Positions 27,231 to 57,400 of a DNA stretch of 64,000 nucleotides are shown in pieces. Under the pieces are notes generated by a model, which was given only the letters and a program-made list of their open reading frames with translations, did no database searches and was not told the DNA's origin. This stretch comes from Antedon mediterranea (taxonomy: Eukaryota > Animalia > Echinodermata): the NCBI RefSeq assembly GCF_964355755.1, contig NC_092680.1, positions 1,054,001-1,118,000 on the forward strand. Reading direction: 5' to 3'. A program made the translations under genes and the position numbers. The first letter of the stretch is position 1. Every line of letters begins with the position of its first letter.

Positions 27231-30120
27231 ATGATGCCAGATAGAAAATCCCGCAGACACAATGTGACCGAATGTAAGCAAAATTTTCTTTTCTTTTTAA
27301 GTCGATAATGAATGGGTGGAGTTGTTGTTACCAGTCATGGGTTAAAACCTGGATTTTTTTCGCAAGAAAAAAAAAACAACTCCACTCCCAAAGAATTGAT
27401 TATGTAGAACATCATGTGTATATTTTATACTATAGGCCTAAAAGAGTGAATTATTCGCTTATTGACAATTTGCTTTAACATATAAAAACAAACAAACAAA
27501 ACATATGTCTCTTCTTTTTCATATACATATAAAAAACAGAAACGTCGGTGCCTACAGAACTTTCTGGCATCTATGTTTCACAGATTTTTTCATGTAAATT
27601 TACTGATTTTTTTAGTGTTAAAACCGATAATTAAAGTGTTCAATGCTTAAACTGTTAATGACAAAGATGTTTTTTTTTAGTTTGGTGTAATATATTTTTG
27701 TAACTGTTAGAACTTACCAATTCAATTCTTTACTCATTCACAGATGTGTTTTATATATTCTTACTAATGCTATTATCTAATGAAGGCTCAGTAACTGGTA
27801 AGTAAATCAATGTGAGCACAATTTACACAATCTACAACATATTAAATCATTCTTTTGAATATACATTGTTTTATGTTGATTATAATAACATTATCAATAT
27901 TTTAGGCAATTCGTGTGATGGAACATTGGAGCTGGAGGAGAGATTATTTCACCAAATTAGCCATTCATGACGTTTAATATAATACTGTATTTTAACTGTT
28001 GTTTCTTCATAACCAACAATCATTAGTTAGTTGATATAATCTATCTTTAGTGACAGATAAAATATCGTTTTAATTAATAATTTTATTTTAACTTAAATAC
28101 ACTTCATTCTAATGTACGCGATTGCTCTCTAGTCGTCCTAGTTGACAGGGGCTGGTCAAGCACATCACAAGATGACAGTTTTATTACTTTTGCTTTTCCG
28201 CTACTCCCATGTAGCAGTTATACTAATATGTTTTTTTTGTTATGTAGAAAGATTGAAAATTAATAAATAATTAATCATGTATGTTATTTTAATGAAAATA
28301 CTTTAATATAATAGGTATCAGTTATTTAGGATGTTTTAAAGACGCGTCGTCTAGAGCAATGCCTGCTGCGTTTACAGAAAACAATGACATGACAATAGAG
28401 TTTTGCATCCAGTATTGCAATGGTCTAGGACACTTGTACAGTGGTTTACAGTATTATCGGCAGTGTTTTTGTGGTGATGAGACGTATAATAATTTAGGCC
28501 AAATGCCAGAAAGCGACTGTAATTGCCCATGTGATGGTAACGCACAGCAAATATGCGGCGGAGGTTGGAGAAATTCTGTGTATTACTCTGGTAGGTTAAA
28601 AATAAAATAAATCATTTAAAAAATAAAATATTTATTTCCAAAAATTGTTCGATTTTCTACTCTCCATCAAACGACAACATTTACCCATAGCATTTCGTAC
28701 ATTCCAACTTTCATGTAAGATATGCTATACTTTGGAACTGATACATAGATACATATTATGAATTTATGGTTATTTTTTAATGGAAATAGGCAATCAAGAA
28801 ACTACTACCAAATTAATAACGACGCCCGAACCTACTACCGAGGTTGAAACGACGTCCGAACCTACTACCGAGGTTGAAACGACGCCCGAACCTACTACCG
28901 AGGTTGAAACGACGTCCGAACCTACTACCGAGGTTGAAACGACGCCCGAACCTACTACCGAAGTTGAAACGACGCCTGAACTTACTTCCGAAGGTGAGAC
29001 GTAAACATTGATGTTTATTTAACTTTATTTATCTATATCTAGTAGAATTCTGCTATTTGTCACATTGGTGTATAATTTGAAGAGGATGCGCGATTTTGTT
29101 ATCCATGTCTCGTCTTTTTACAGATGTTTGTGAGGACATATTGGGTGCTGTAAATGGCAGTATGCATATTTCAGACAATGGATTCTCAGCATCATCACAA
29201 CACGGTGGTGATAAAAATGGTGCACATAAAGCACGTCTGAACACACCGTTACAAGCAGATGGTAAAGGAGGAAGCTGGAGAGCAGCCACTGTAGACAACA
29301 TGCAATGGGTGCAAGTTGATCTCTGTTATCTAACAAACGTATCGGGAATTATTACACAAGGTCGAAATAATAATAATAATAACATTGTATATGTTTCAAA
29401 ATATAAAGTCCTCTACAGCACAGATGGGATTAACTTTGTAACAATTTCTGGAATGAATGGCGCAGTCAGGGTAGGTTTAAAGTCGACGAGAAATAGTATT
29501 CGCCCCATTCCCATTCCCCATACTCTACTTCACTCTACTACATTCCACTCAACTCCACTCTACTCCACTCTACTAAACTCCACTCTACTCCACTTTACTA
29601 AACTCCACTCTACTCCACTCTACTAAACTCAACTCTACTCCACTCTACTAAACTTCACTCTACTCCACTCTACTAAACTCCACTCTACTCCACTCTACTA
29701 AACTCCACTCTACTCCACTCTACTAAACTCCACTCTACTCCACTCTACTAAACTCCACTCTACTCCACTCTACTAAACTCCACTCTACTCCACTCTACTA
29801 AACTCCACTCTACTCCACTCCACTCTACTAAATATTAAGCCGAATATAAGTTCACATTTAACGTTACATTTTCAACACCTTTATAGTGCTTATGCCATAT
29901 ACGTACAGAAGTTTTCAAACTCTTATTGTATTACGCACAGAATACCTTTACTTATTTATACAGGAGTTTATTGGAAACTACGACAGGAACACTGAAGTAG
30001 TCAACATTTTTGATGGTCTAATCGAGGCTCAGTTCATCCGTGTGAACCCAACTGAGTGGTCTGGAACTGTGGCGATGCGATTTGCAGTTCTTGGTTGTCT
30101 CGTCAACAGTTCATGTCCAG
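27231..30120 (+). CDS. WSC-mucin-F5/8C protein, copy 2 (CUB-less paralog); further 3' exon(s) probably near 31149-31199 and 31668-31747
   Basis: Exons 27231-27273, 27744-27797, 28315-28590 (WSC), 28790-28993 (PTTEVETT repeats), 29124-29470 and 29964-30120 (F5/8C). All are open, phase-compatible and closely similar to copy 1. Confidence 0.8.
27906..27980 (+). pseudogene. Decayed first CUB exon of copy 2
   Basis: ag|GC AAT TCG TGT GAT GGA ACA ... TCA CCA AAT TAG aligns to copy 1 GNSCGGT...SPNY, with deletions and TAC>TAG. CUB exons 2-3 are not recognisable. Confidence 0.8.
29522..29832. repeat. Compound (ctcca/ctcta/ctaaa)n microsatellite with a 25-bp higher-order unit, intronic
   Basis: Directly visible. 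Confidence 0.92.
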
Positions 30121-32713
30121 GTACGGTAAACTTAACGTGCGTACACATTAGTAGACGTTGTGATAGCTAAAGCTTGGTTCCCACTCTAAATCTCTGTCCA
30201 CACTATCAAACTAATTTGACAAAAAAGTGTTATGTGCCCGATTATGGTAGTGATATGCTTAAATATGGTGGTGATAACATCATCCTGTTCATATATGGGC
30301 ACATACATTTTTTTTTAACATACATTGTGGTTATGTATAGACAGAGCTTAAGACGCAACGCAGGGACGTTAGCGCAATTTGACAAATCACAATAGATTGA
30401 TTATCCGAACTGTCGCTTGTCATTGGTCAGTTTGCTTGCGTTAGGTTTACGTCTGTTGCGTTGCGCTAGTGGGAGCCAAGTTATATGGACTACGCAACAT
30501 TATAAAATCTTAGTAGTAGTAGTAGGTATAGGAACTATCACAACTCTTTGGATATACGTTCAGGTAGTACTGTACGATATATGGAATGTTGTGATTAATC
30601 TCACTCTTGCCTGGTTGCTTCTCTCAGTGGCGGATCCATGGTTTTCAAATTGTGAAGACGACGGATGTAGCCGACCAGTCCGATTCCCATCCCGAAATTA
30701 CAATGCAAAACATAAGACATTGGATTAACTTTATTTCATCATTTTAGGCCCTGCCTTCTTCCGAATTATTTCAAAATCTTGGATACGCCACTGAAAGAAG
30801 TAACAAACAACATTTTTTATGTCTTTTTTGTTTATTTTTGTGTGTGTTTTACACACTGTTCAAACACACACGCACACCTACGCATACTTCCGTTTTGTAA
30901 AAGTTATTTACAGTATACTTTAATGACATCCATTACGTATTATATTTATATATGTATATGTTTTATTTGTGAATCGTATTTACATGTTTTCGGTTAACCC
31001 CCACATTCATTGTGGTATTATAGAATATTGCAGATGTACAATTTTATGTAATCATAATAATTATGTAAAGTTATTGTTTCAAATGTACATTGGATTTAAT
31101 TATAAGTAGCTATCATAATGCAATACAGTGTGTTTTAATTAACATTAATTATAATATTGATGATTTTAGTAGAACAGTGCATTGAAAGAAGACAAGTACG
31201 TGAGTATCAATGCGACAAGTTTGTAGTACCAAACGAGTAAAACTGGTTTCTTACCTTTTGTTTTGAGGAAGATAGTCCACTTTATTATCTTGCCTCGTCT
31301 CTTTAAAAACAAATATAAGAGAAAACAGGACGATAACGGTCGACGATAGATAACGGTCGACGATAGATAACTATATATTTTCCTACAGAAAAAATAAATC
31401 GAAACTTTTTCAACTACTGTATATGTTTAGTAAGGGCAATAATACCATGACGAAACAAATATGTTAATGTTCTTATTGATCATGACGTCAGTTGAGAATG
31501 TTATTTTCGTCAAAGACAGCATAAATTGTTATCATAATTATAGGATGAACTCTTTTTATTTGTTTTCTGTAAGAAAAAATGTATCATCGTCGTTCTTTAT
31601 CATGTATCGTTACAGGCCTTAATATCTTGCTTTATCCAAATATTTGTACTTTTATCCTTTTTTTCAGATGGTTATTATAATCTACTCTACGCATCTAATG
31701 AATACGGTACTTTGATTACATTGTTACATCTGTCTGGTATTTATTAACAGAGATGCAATAAACAAGGCTTACGTATGTGAGATTCTTTGGGAAATACTAC
31801 AATGTTCAAAAGTGGCAATTGCCTTGGTATTTATGTATCTGCACAGTACCACGCCTTGTAAACCACCACCTACCAACATGCTAAACTGTACTTAAACTGT
31901 GGTGGAAATAAACGCAATCAATATTATTTTCTTTAGTATTAAATTTTATTTTAAAATGAAATAGACAAGCAAATTATCATTAAAATCTACATTTAGATAC
32001 ATCTTAACTAGACTGACGTTTGCAAATCATTGAGATACAAGTCTAGGTGCATTACAGTAGTTCGTTAATTATTCAAGACGTTCTGGATGATGGGACAGTG
32101 ATCCCTTCTTATATACGACAGGAATATCGCATTGACCTGCCATAATAATATATGTTCGTATGTCTGTATAAAATAATGACTTATTACAAATACATATGAC
32201 CATGAACTTGGCTTTTATTTCGTCGTTTAAACTTATCCACCAATCCCCACCAAGCGTATTTTATTTTGACAAAAACATTATTTAATTGCAGTAAGCATAT
32301 TTCGCATAAAAAAATATAAATATAAATATCTAGCTATTCAGAATTGAGTTCTGTAGATATATTACTGTGTATATGCATCTGATTCAATTCCGATTCAATG
32401 AACGACGATTGATATTTGATTACAATTATTCAAATATTGTAATGGCAAGACTTCAAATAATTTGACACTAACATTACTAATTATATTATTTACGCGCTAT
32501 TATTATTTATTAGTATTGATTATCAATTGATGCTACTGTTAATTTGATATCGATCATATCGATTAGTAGGATTAGCTGAACTTTATATTAATAGTGTTTA
32601 CTTATTCAATATTCATTTCATTTATTTGTACACAAGGGAAATTAATGTTCTCGTCAGTAATAAACAAATTCAATTGTGATACAAAACAAATATGTGCGTA
32701 GTACCCAGCATAT

Positions 32714-49233
<16,520 letters not shown>

Positions 49234-49543
49234 GATTGATTTGTTTCTTCGATTGTATTACCAGTGCACAAATGTTGCATTGGAACCGTAGGGTACATTA
49301 CATGTTTCTGTAATGAAATATCATTTAGCTGAATTGTCCTTTTAAATACAATTTCTGTTGTTCACATGCAGTGATCCAGGACCGTTTGGTACCATGCGCA
49401 GTTGACATTGGCAAAACGCCATTTGAACAAAGGATAGAAACAACACAACAAGATCGTTTTTGTTATATAATTGTATATACGTTATACAAAAATAAATCTC
49501 TGACATAAAAAGTCTTCTGTAATGGTGTAACAAACACCACTTG

Positions 49544-50308
49544 ACTTGGTTCCTCACTATGACTATGACGTAAGCGCAGCGCAAGCATTTTGCCACCTGA
49601 CATGACTTGGTTCCTCACGAGGACTAGGACGTAAGCGCAGCGCAAGCATTTTGAGCAATCACGACGGGATTTAGAATGATTCACCGCGTCTTGATTGGTT
49701 GCGTTGCTTGGGTTGCGCTTAAAGCGTGGTTCCCACTAATGCTTGTTTCCCACTAGAACGTAACGCAAGGACGTAAACGCAACGCAAGCGTTTTAACCAA
49801 TGACAAGCGAAGTTATAGACAGTTAGCAATCACAAGCGAATAAGCCATCGCTTAAGCGAATAAGCCATCACTTGTGATTGGTCAATTCACTTGCGTTGCG
49901 TTACGTCCTTGTGTTGCGTCGTTAGTGGGAACCACGCTTTAAGCTTGGTTCCCACTAGAACGTAACGCAAGGACGTAAACGCAGCGTAAGCGTTTTAACC
50001 AATGACAAGCGAAGTTATAGACAGTTAGCAATCACAAGCGAATAAGCCATCGCTTGTGATTGGTCAATTCACTTGCGTTGCGTTACGTCCTTGTGTTGCG
50101 TCGCTAGTGGGAACCACGCTTACGCGACGCAACGCAGCGACGTATTGACTCAAAGTGCTGTATTGCGTAATCACAAGTGGGAACCGACGACGCAACAGTG
50201 CTGCAAACATCACATATTTGATTTCACGCAGGCGGAGGAAAACATAATTATTGGAAGAGCATTTACGTAGGTTGCATTACGTTGCGTCGCTAGAGTGGGA
50301 ACCAAGCT
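49544..50308. mobile_element. Nested cluster of Harbinger-like MITEs upstream of the His-rich receptor gene
   Basis: Outer H2 element 49723-50308 is split by two tandem H2 copies (49740-49938, 49942-50120). A related, partly duplicated element occupies 49544-49719. Confidence 0.8.
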
Positions 50309-51406
50309 TACCTTAAATCTGCAGATCTATCTGTTGCATTGCAAACAATGACCACAGAATAACCAACAATTAATTTGTCAACAACTAACCTTGTTTGTAT
50401 CCTACACAGAATCACAACACTATTATTTTTGGCCTTTCAATTGTAAGACATGTGATATAGAGCGGAAATATTTTGCATCCAGAATTAAAACAGGTTTGTT
50501 TGGTGCAAGATCATTCATCCTTACAATAACATAAAACGTAGGCATACATTGGAAACTAATTAACATTTACCACAATAGATCTCGGTGTAAATATTGATTT
50601 GTTTCTGTACAGCTACAGTCTACTGAATACGACATTCTACGCATGTTCAGATATCTTTTTAAGATTATACCTTTGGTCGTTGTTTTTGATATAAAAATGG
50701 TGGAAGATTTATTTCATTAAAAAAACATCCTAGTGTACGTTCCCATTACATTCGGTAGTAAATTTCGAATATATTATTTTGTCCGTATAAAGTTGAATTA
50801 TGCTGACCAAGTTCCAATTCGTCAATTTTGTAAGCTATCATCAAAAACTTGAAATGTGGTGGTGCCATGTTTGGACCAACTCTGAACCATAAACCAACTC
50901 TGAACCATAAACCAACTCTGAACCATAAACCTACTATTCATACAAATATTACGCCATAATTTAGACAATGGGAAATTTGAATAAACACATAAAAAATGTT
51001 TAACATTTATTTAAAAACACAAATATACATTAAAAAATAAACTTTATTTTATTTATTACTCCACATTAATTTACAATTTTGTTTACACACCCGCAATTAT
51101 ATTAGGCAGTTAAAGAGAAATATGAAATAAATGGCTTTAATATTTACATGCATTTTTAATACTAAAACATTCAAAACTGAGTAGAAATAATGATATGAAA
51201 ATAGAAGAATAGATAACGTATTCGTTGATGTATTCATACTGTAAAGATCTAATATCTACACTATCAAACTAGTCTGACAAATGTGATGTGCCCATATATG
51301 GACATGATGATATCATAGCCCTACTATATTTGGGCACATCACACTTTTTAAAAAACTAGTTTGATAGTGTGGACAGTGCTTTAGATAACTTAGAGTAGCG
51401 TTTTTA

Positions 51407-54400
51407 TTATGGGACGAAATGCATATACGTGCTAGCAGGCTTTTGAAGTTCCATATATGTGGTGTCTGTTGAGTACGCACTGTCTCGCAATTCATCATAG
51501 ATATTACTATTAGGCTCCATGTATTCATTATCATTGGTTGTAGATTTCACATCCGGGTCATGTTCCTTTTTTAGATTGTCATATTGGTGGTCATCGATTG
51601 GTGGTTTACTAACACTGTTAAATAGAAATGGTAGTGTTACGTGGAATATGTCTACAGAAAGATGGATTACAAGTTTATCGCACCACAACAATAAAATGTT
51701 TAAACTAATTAAATAAGTTTTTGTTTTAACCTACAACTTTTACTGCGGCAGCAATGTGGATAATTGTAATTTCATCTACTTATTATGATGTAAATTTGTT
51801 TAAAATTAAATTGAAATAGAGGAAATGATAATAAAGAATCAAACAGAAGAGGAATGGTTACTGCAATTCTAGATTATATTGGTTTGTCATGAAAGTTAGT
51901 TACTCACTCAATTGTATATATCTTGTTGTCAATTCCACTTAACGCTGGTTTCGGTGAACTATTAGTACGAATGAAAAGAAATGAATTTAAAACTTAAAAA
52001 AAAATAATATGCTAGAAGAAGAGACAATATAATGCGATGAGCCACAGAGCAACAATAAACAACCTGAGCTAATGAGCTAAAACCTGTTCCGGAAACAAAT
52101 CAGGTTCAGTAGTTTGTCTTTGTAAATGTAGCAGGTAATGTTCAGACTTACCTAGGTTTATTGCTGATAAAACAAACAACTATTAAAACAATAATAACAA
52201 CAAAAATAACAGCACCAGCAGCTCCAGCGATTACACCTACAAAACAAAAGTACAACTTGAGCACAGTACAGAAAATACATAACATTTAAAAAAATGTAGC
52301 AGTTTTCTACCTAGTTAACAATAGCCTAGTTATGATCTACAACAGTATCTGTTATTTTAAATTGCATGAGTTATTATTGTTATGAGTATATTGTTGTCAT
52401 TTCTCAGCATTATTTTACCTGGTAAGACAGACGATTGCCTTAATTTTTTTACAATTTTAAATACAGTACAATATGTAAGTAACTTTAACAGTGTGATAAA
52501 CACGTATACTGAACATAAACTCTACAATAAGGTAATACAGTACAGTCGTGTAACCAAATTTGATGAATATTATACCTATTGGTAGATCTGATGAAGACTG
52601 TTCTTCAGGTACATTGACTACTGGTTGATCTGTTCCATCGATTAGTGACGTTGTCTCCATCAGTTGTCTGGTGGTGGTGGTGGTGGTGGTGGTAGTACTT
52701 TCAACTGGAAAAATACATTTGGATTTATATAATTATAATAGGCCCGAATATATTCTACGAGGTATACGGTAGTCTAGGGTTTTCCCTTCTTCTTAAGATT
52801 AAACCATGTACAGTTATTAAAAGATTTATTACATTGTTTTTCTTTTTTATACAATCAATCAATCAGACTTATATAACGCCGGTATCCATAATGATAATGT
52901 TCAGAGGTGCTTGAAAAAGTTAAACAGCAAATGCTTCTTGGTACAGGTGAGCTTTCAGACGTATGTTGAGGGTATTTTTCTGAGATCTTTCGATCCATTA
53001 GTATAGTATTCTATAAACGGGATGCTGCTGCACATGCGCGATGGCCATACGACTAAAGTTTCCATTTAGGAACATAAAGAAGTTGATTATATTGATGCAC
53101 TCAATGTACCAGATGAGATACAAGATTATTATGTAGTGACGTGTTTTTAATTACAACCAGCATGCTCTGGAAACAAATACAGTTTTACTCCATCTTATAA
53201 TTCTTGTATTTTATATTGCTCCATCACTCTCATGCACCATATTTTTTCGAATTATCATTATCATACTCACATTCATCACATCTGTCGCCGAACCAACCAT
53301 TCTGGCAGATGCACGTATATCCGCTATCGTCATGATCAATACAGGTAACTGCATTCACACAAGGATTGTTAATACATGTCATTTCTGAAAAAAAAAACAC
53401 CCTTGTTTTGATCCAAATAGTTGAGCTAAGGAATTATGATAAAGATAGCGCCAAGCATAATCCAATTAGAGATACATTTTCCAGGAAAAAAACTTGGGGT
53501 CCAAGCAACATAATATCAGAAATATTGTATATGACTCATGTTTTCATCAATCATAATAAGTATTGATTATTTAATATTTTTAAAACGGTAAACAAGAATA
53601 ACGTCGGTTGACTTTTCTTATCTAAATACGATATAACTTTTGGAAAAACACTTAAAAATGAATTGTTAGACCCATTGTTTAAGTTCATATAAGTGTACCT
53701 GTGTCGCACAAAGTTCCTGTCCAACCAACGTCACAAAGGCAGTAGAACGTCATTAAACTATGGAAGTCAAAACATGTTCCCATAACACAAGGATCAGGAT
53801 CACATAAACTTTGAACTGGAAAAAAAAATGTTTTGTTGAGTCAGTTTTTTCTTCAAACAAATAGACATAAAACCAAACCTGATAAAACAATTCATTACAA
53901 CAGATGGTACATTTTGTATTGTACAGTTTTATAATTATGCAACAGATTTTACCTGTTTGGCAATCTTGGCCGTCAAATCCTTCTGGACAATAACATTGAT
54001 AGTCGCCATCACTACCAATATCCACACATGTGCCTCCATTCAAACACGGCTCAGCATGACATCCTATAGTAGCTATTCAAGAACAATTTAAAGATATAAT
54101 AAATAAGATAGATAATATTGGAAACCATATTGTTGTAAAGATAAATATTTGGCCCACATGGCGTTTCATACGTGTACTTCTTTCAGCTTAATCCAGTTTT
54201 GAAAAATCGAAACGCTACCTGATCAGATGGACTAACAACAATAGAGACTTTAACAAATCTGGTATCACCAGAAATATTCTGGTATGGTTTGAAACGATCA
54301 TAAACAGAACATTTTGTGTATGTTTGTCACGATAAAAATGCGAAATTACTATAATAAAATTAATTGTTAAACCGATATTAGGCTCACTTACATATTTCAC

Positions 54401-57400
54401 AGTTATCGCCTGTCCAACCATCGTTACAGGAACAAACATAGCCAGATTCAGACAATTCATGACATTCACCGTGTAAACACGGGTTACTCAAACATTCCGC
54501 TTCCATGTCAATTTCTATAATATAAAGTTGTAATATATCAATGACGTTAGATATTGATAATGCATTTAATTAGGTTTAAAAATTATTATTAATATTATTA
54601 ACGTTCTAAATGTATCACAAAGATTCAGTTAAAACCTTTATGTAGACATGATGTAGACATCTTGATAATATTATTATTAAGATGTCTACACTATCAAACA
54701 AGTTGGACAAAAAAGTGCGATGTGCCCAAATGTGATAGTGATATGCCAAAATATGGTAGTGATATGACGTCACCATGTCTATATGTATAGGCACATCACA
54801 TTTTGTCACAAGTTTGATAGTGTAGACAGAGCTTTACGAATACGTTTGTCTTTATTTACGGACGTGATTTAAAAAAAAAGTTAAAACCGTGTACTAGGAT
54901 ACCTTCATCACAATGTTGCCCTGTCCATCCTTCCGCACAACGACAGACGTAAGAGCCATCACTAGGGTTTATCAAGCATTGTCCATTATAACATGGTTGT
55001 GCGTCACATGCGTTTATTTCTATACAAATACATTATATATTAAAATAGAATCTATATACTAAAATTACAGTACACGAATTTTTTTTACAATAACTGTCTT
55101 TTTTGTAGATAGTTGGAATAACAATAAAGTGGAGAGTTGCTAAGCACACTGACATTTTACATAATTATATATATAAATATATATATTTCATACTCAGCAG
55201 ATTTTTTTTTATAGAAAAAAAACCAATAATTGTTGTCTTGTACAAATTATTTTTAATGCATGACACGTAGAACAGGTCAGAGCGTTTGCGGGAGAAACTG
55301 TGTTCTTACATGGAAAGAAAACCAGGAAAAAATAATTTAAAATAAAAAGAAACTTACCGATCTCACAGTTGTCACCAAGATACCCATCCATACAATTGCA
55401 TTCATATCCTCCAGTATCAAAATCAACACACTGTCCATTATTTCGGCACGGGTACAGATTACAACCGTTTCGTTCTAAAAGAAGTAATATTTTAAAAAGA
55501 TTTCATACCCTTTGTTCCAATTTAGAAGATGAAAGTTTATTTCATAAAGAACAAAAAGGCTTTGGACGTTCATGAACATTTCGAATTACATATGAGTGAG
55601 TGGCCGAGCGGTTAAGACAGTGGAACCGTAATCACGTAGCCATAACATCGGCAGGGGTTCGAAGCTCACTCACTCCATGGTTCTGGTGGTAGAACGAGTC
55701 TTCTCGGATAAGGACTATAAACCGTAGGTCCAGTGTACATATCTAGCTCGTGTGCACTTTAAAGAACCTAGTACATCTTTCGAGACGAGTAGAGGGTTAC
55801 CCCGGTGTATTAGTACATCACAGCCACTGATCACCAACTGGGCCCTCTGGGAGATCAGTCTTTGACTGAAGAGGTCACCCAGTATAAAGATAAAACAAAC
55901 AAACAAACAAACAAACAAACAAACAAAATATGGCCCAATGTTTCTAAGAACAATTTAAAGAGAAGCTGTAAAATTATAAATTTCGTGTTATTTACATTTT
56001 TATGTCTGATAAATTGTGTTTACCTGTTTCACAATGTGTACCGATCCAGCCATATAGACAGTTACATTTATATACCAGGCCATCGGATGAAATGCTTTCA
56101 CAACTTCCACCATTAAAGCATGGATATAAGTCACAACCGACCATTTCTAAAATTAAAAAAAAGCTCATTTATAAATGCTTAGTGTAAGAAACAAGAAAAC
56201 TAGAAAATGTTACCAGAGTACAATTTGTAAGCAAAGGCAAAAGTTGTGTCTGACTTTTAAGCAGAAAGTGACACGAAAAACAGTGCTGATGCTGTAGTAA
56301 ATGTAATGCTACTAGATGATAGAAATAATCAGAGTTATAACTAATGCTTCGTTCTTTTCTTTTTTGCATTTGGGCCGAAATCAGTCACTGTATAGGTAGA
56401 GTTATTATGTTTAGGTTTGTTAGTAGTTCACTTTACCTTGATCACAATTAGGACCCGTATAACCATCGTTGCAATCACATGAGTAGCTACCAATAGACGG
56501 ATAACATATTCCATTTACACATGGATTACTGTCACATGCAGTGATTTCTAGTGAGATAAATATCACATTTAAATAAGTATTATGAATTATTATGATTTTC
56601 TTATCGGTCGCTATAATATCGGTCGCTAAAGCTTATCAAAATTTGAGTTATCTGTATCTTTGATTATGTGCCGAAATATATTGATTGCATTTACCAATTA
56701 TTTCGGTCAGTTTTTGAGCGCATGATAATGAATCTAACTATCAAACACACGTACCAATGTCACATTCTGATCCCATCCATCCAACATCACATATACAAGT
56801 ACTATACGGCAAACTAGATACACAATACCCGTTCACACACGGATTATAGCAGGTAATGATCACTGCAAACAAAATTAAAATATGTTAGTTAGAGAATATC
56901 GATAAAACGTATTAAAACAATAAATCCCAAAAGACACGCGATCTTGGTTTTTCTGAAACCCATTTATAATAGTGCAAACATAACTATTATTGTTATTGCT
57001 TTTTGTTTCTAATTCCTGATAATATTTCTTTGTTTCTTACTCACATAATCTTTGCTCAAAGTTTTCTTCTTTTTTTTTTTACTTTTCCTATAGTTTACTA
57101 TTTGAAAACTGTACGATATAGGCCTAGGCACTACAATCATAGGCCTAGGCCCTACAATCATAGGCCTACCTGGTAAGAATAACGATTGTTTTAAATTCCA
57201 TTATTTGAACCACTTACCACTTGGCGTGCTGGTGTCCAAATAGGAATAATCGACTGTAGGCCCATAATAATCTATGAAATAAACAGTAATTATTTTAATT
57301 TTTTGTTGAAAAATATATATTTTTATAACTTTGATATAATAGTTTAACAAAAACAAAACAATTACCACTTGGACCTCCTGTAAAATCGTCATCTTCATCA

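Noticed and set aside
55594-55680. Possible tRNA gene
   Set aside because: No proper anticodon arm, and it continues into a SINE core and (AAAC)n tail.
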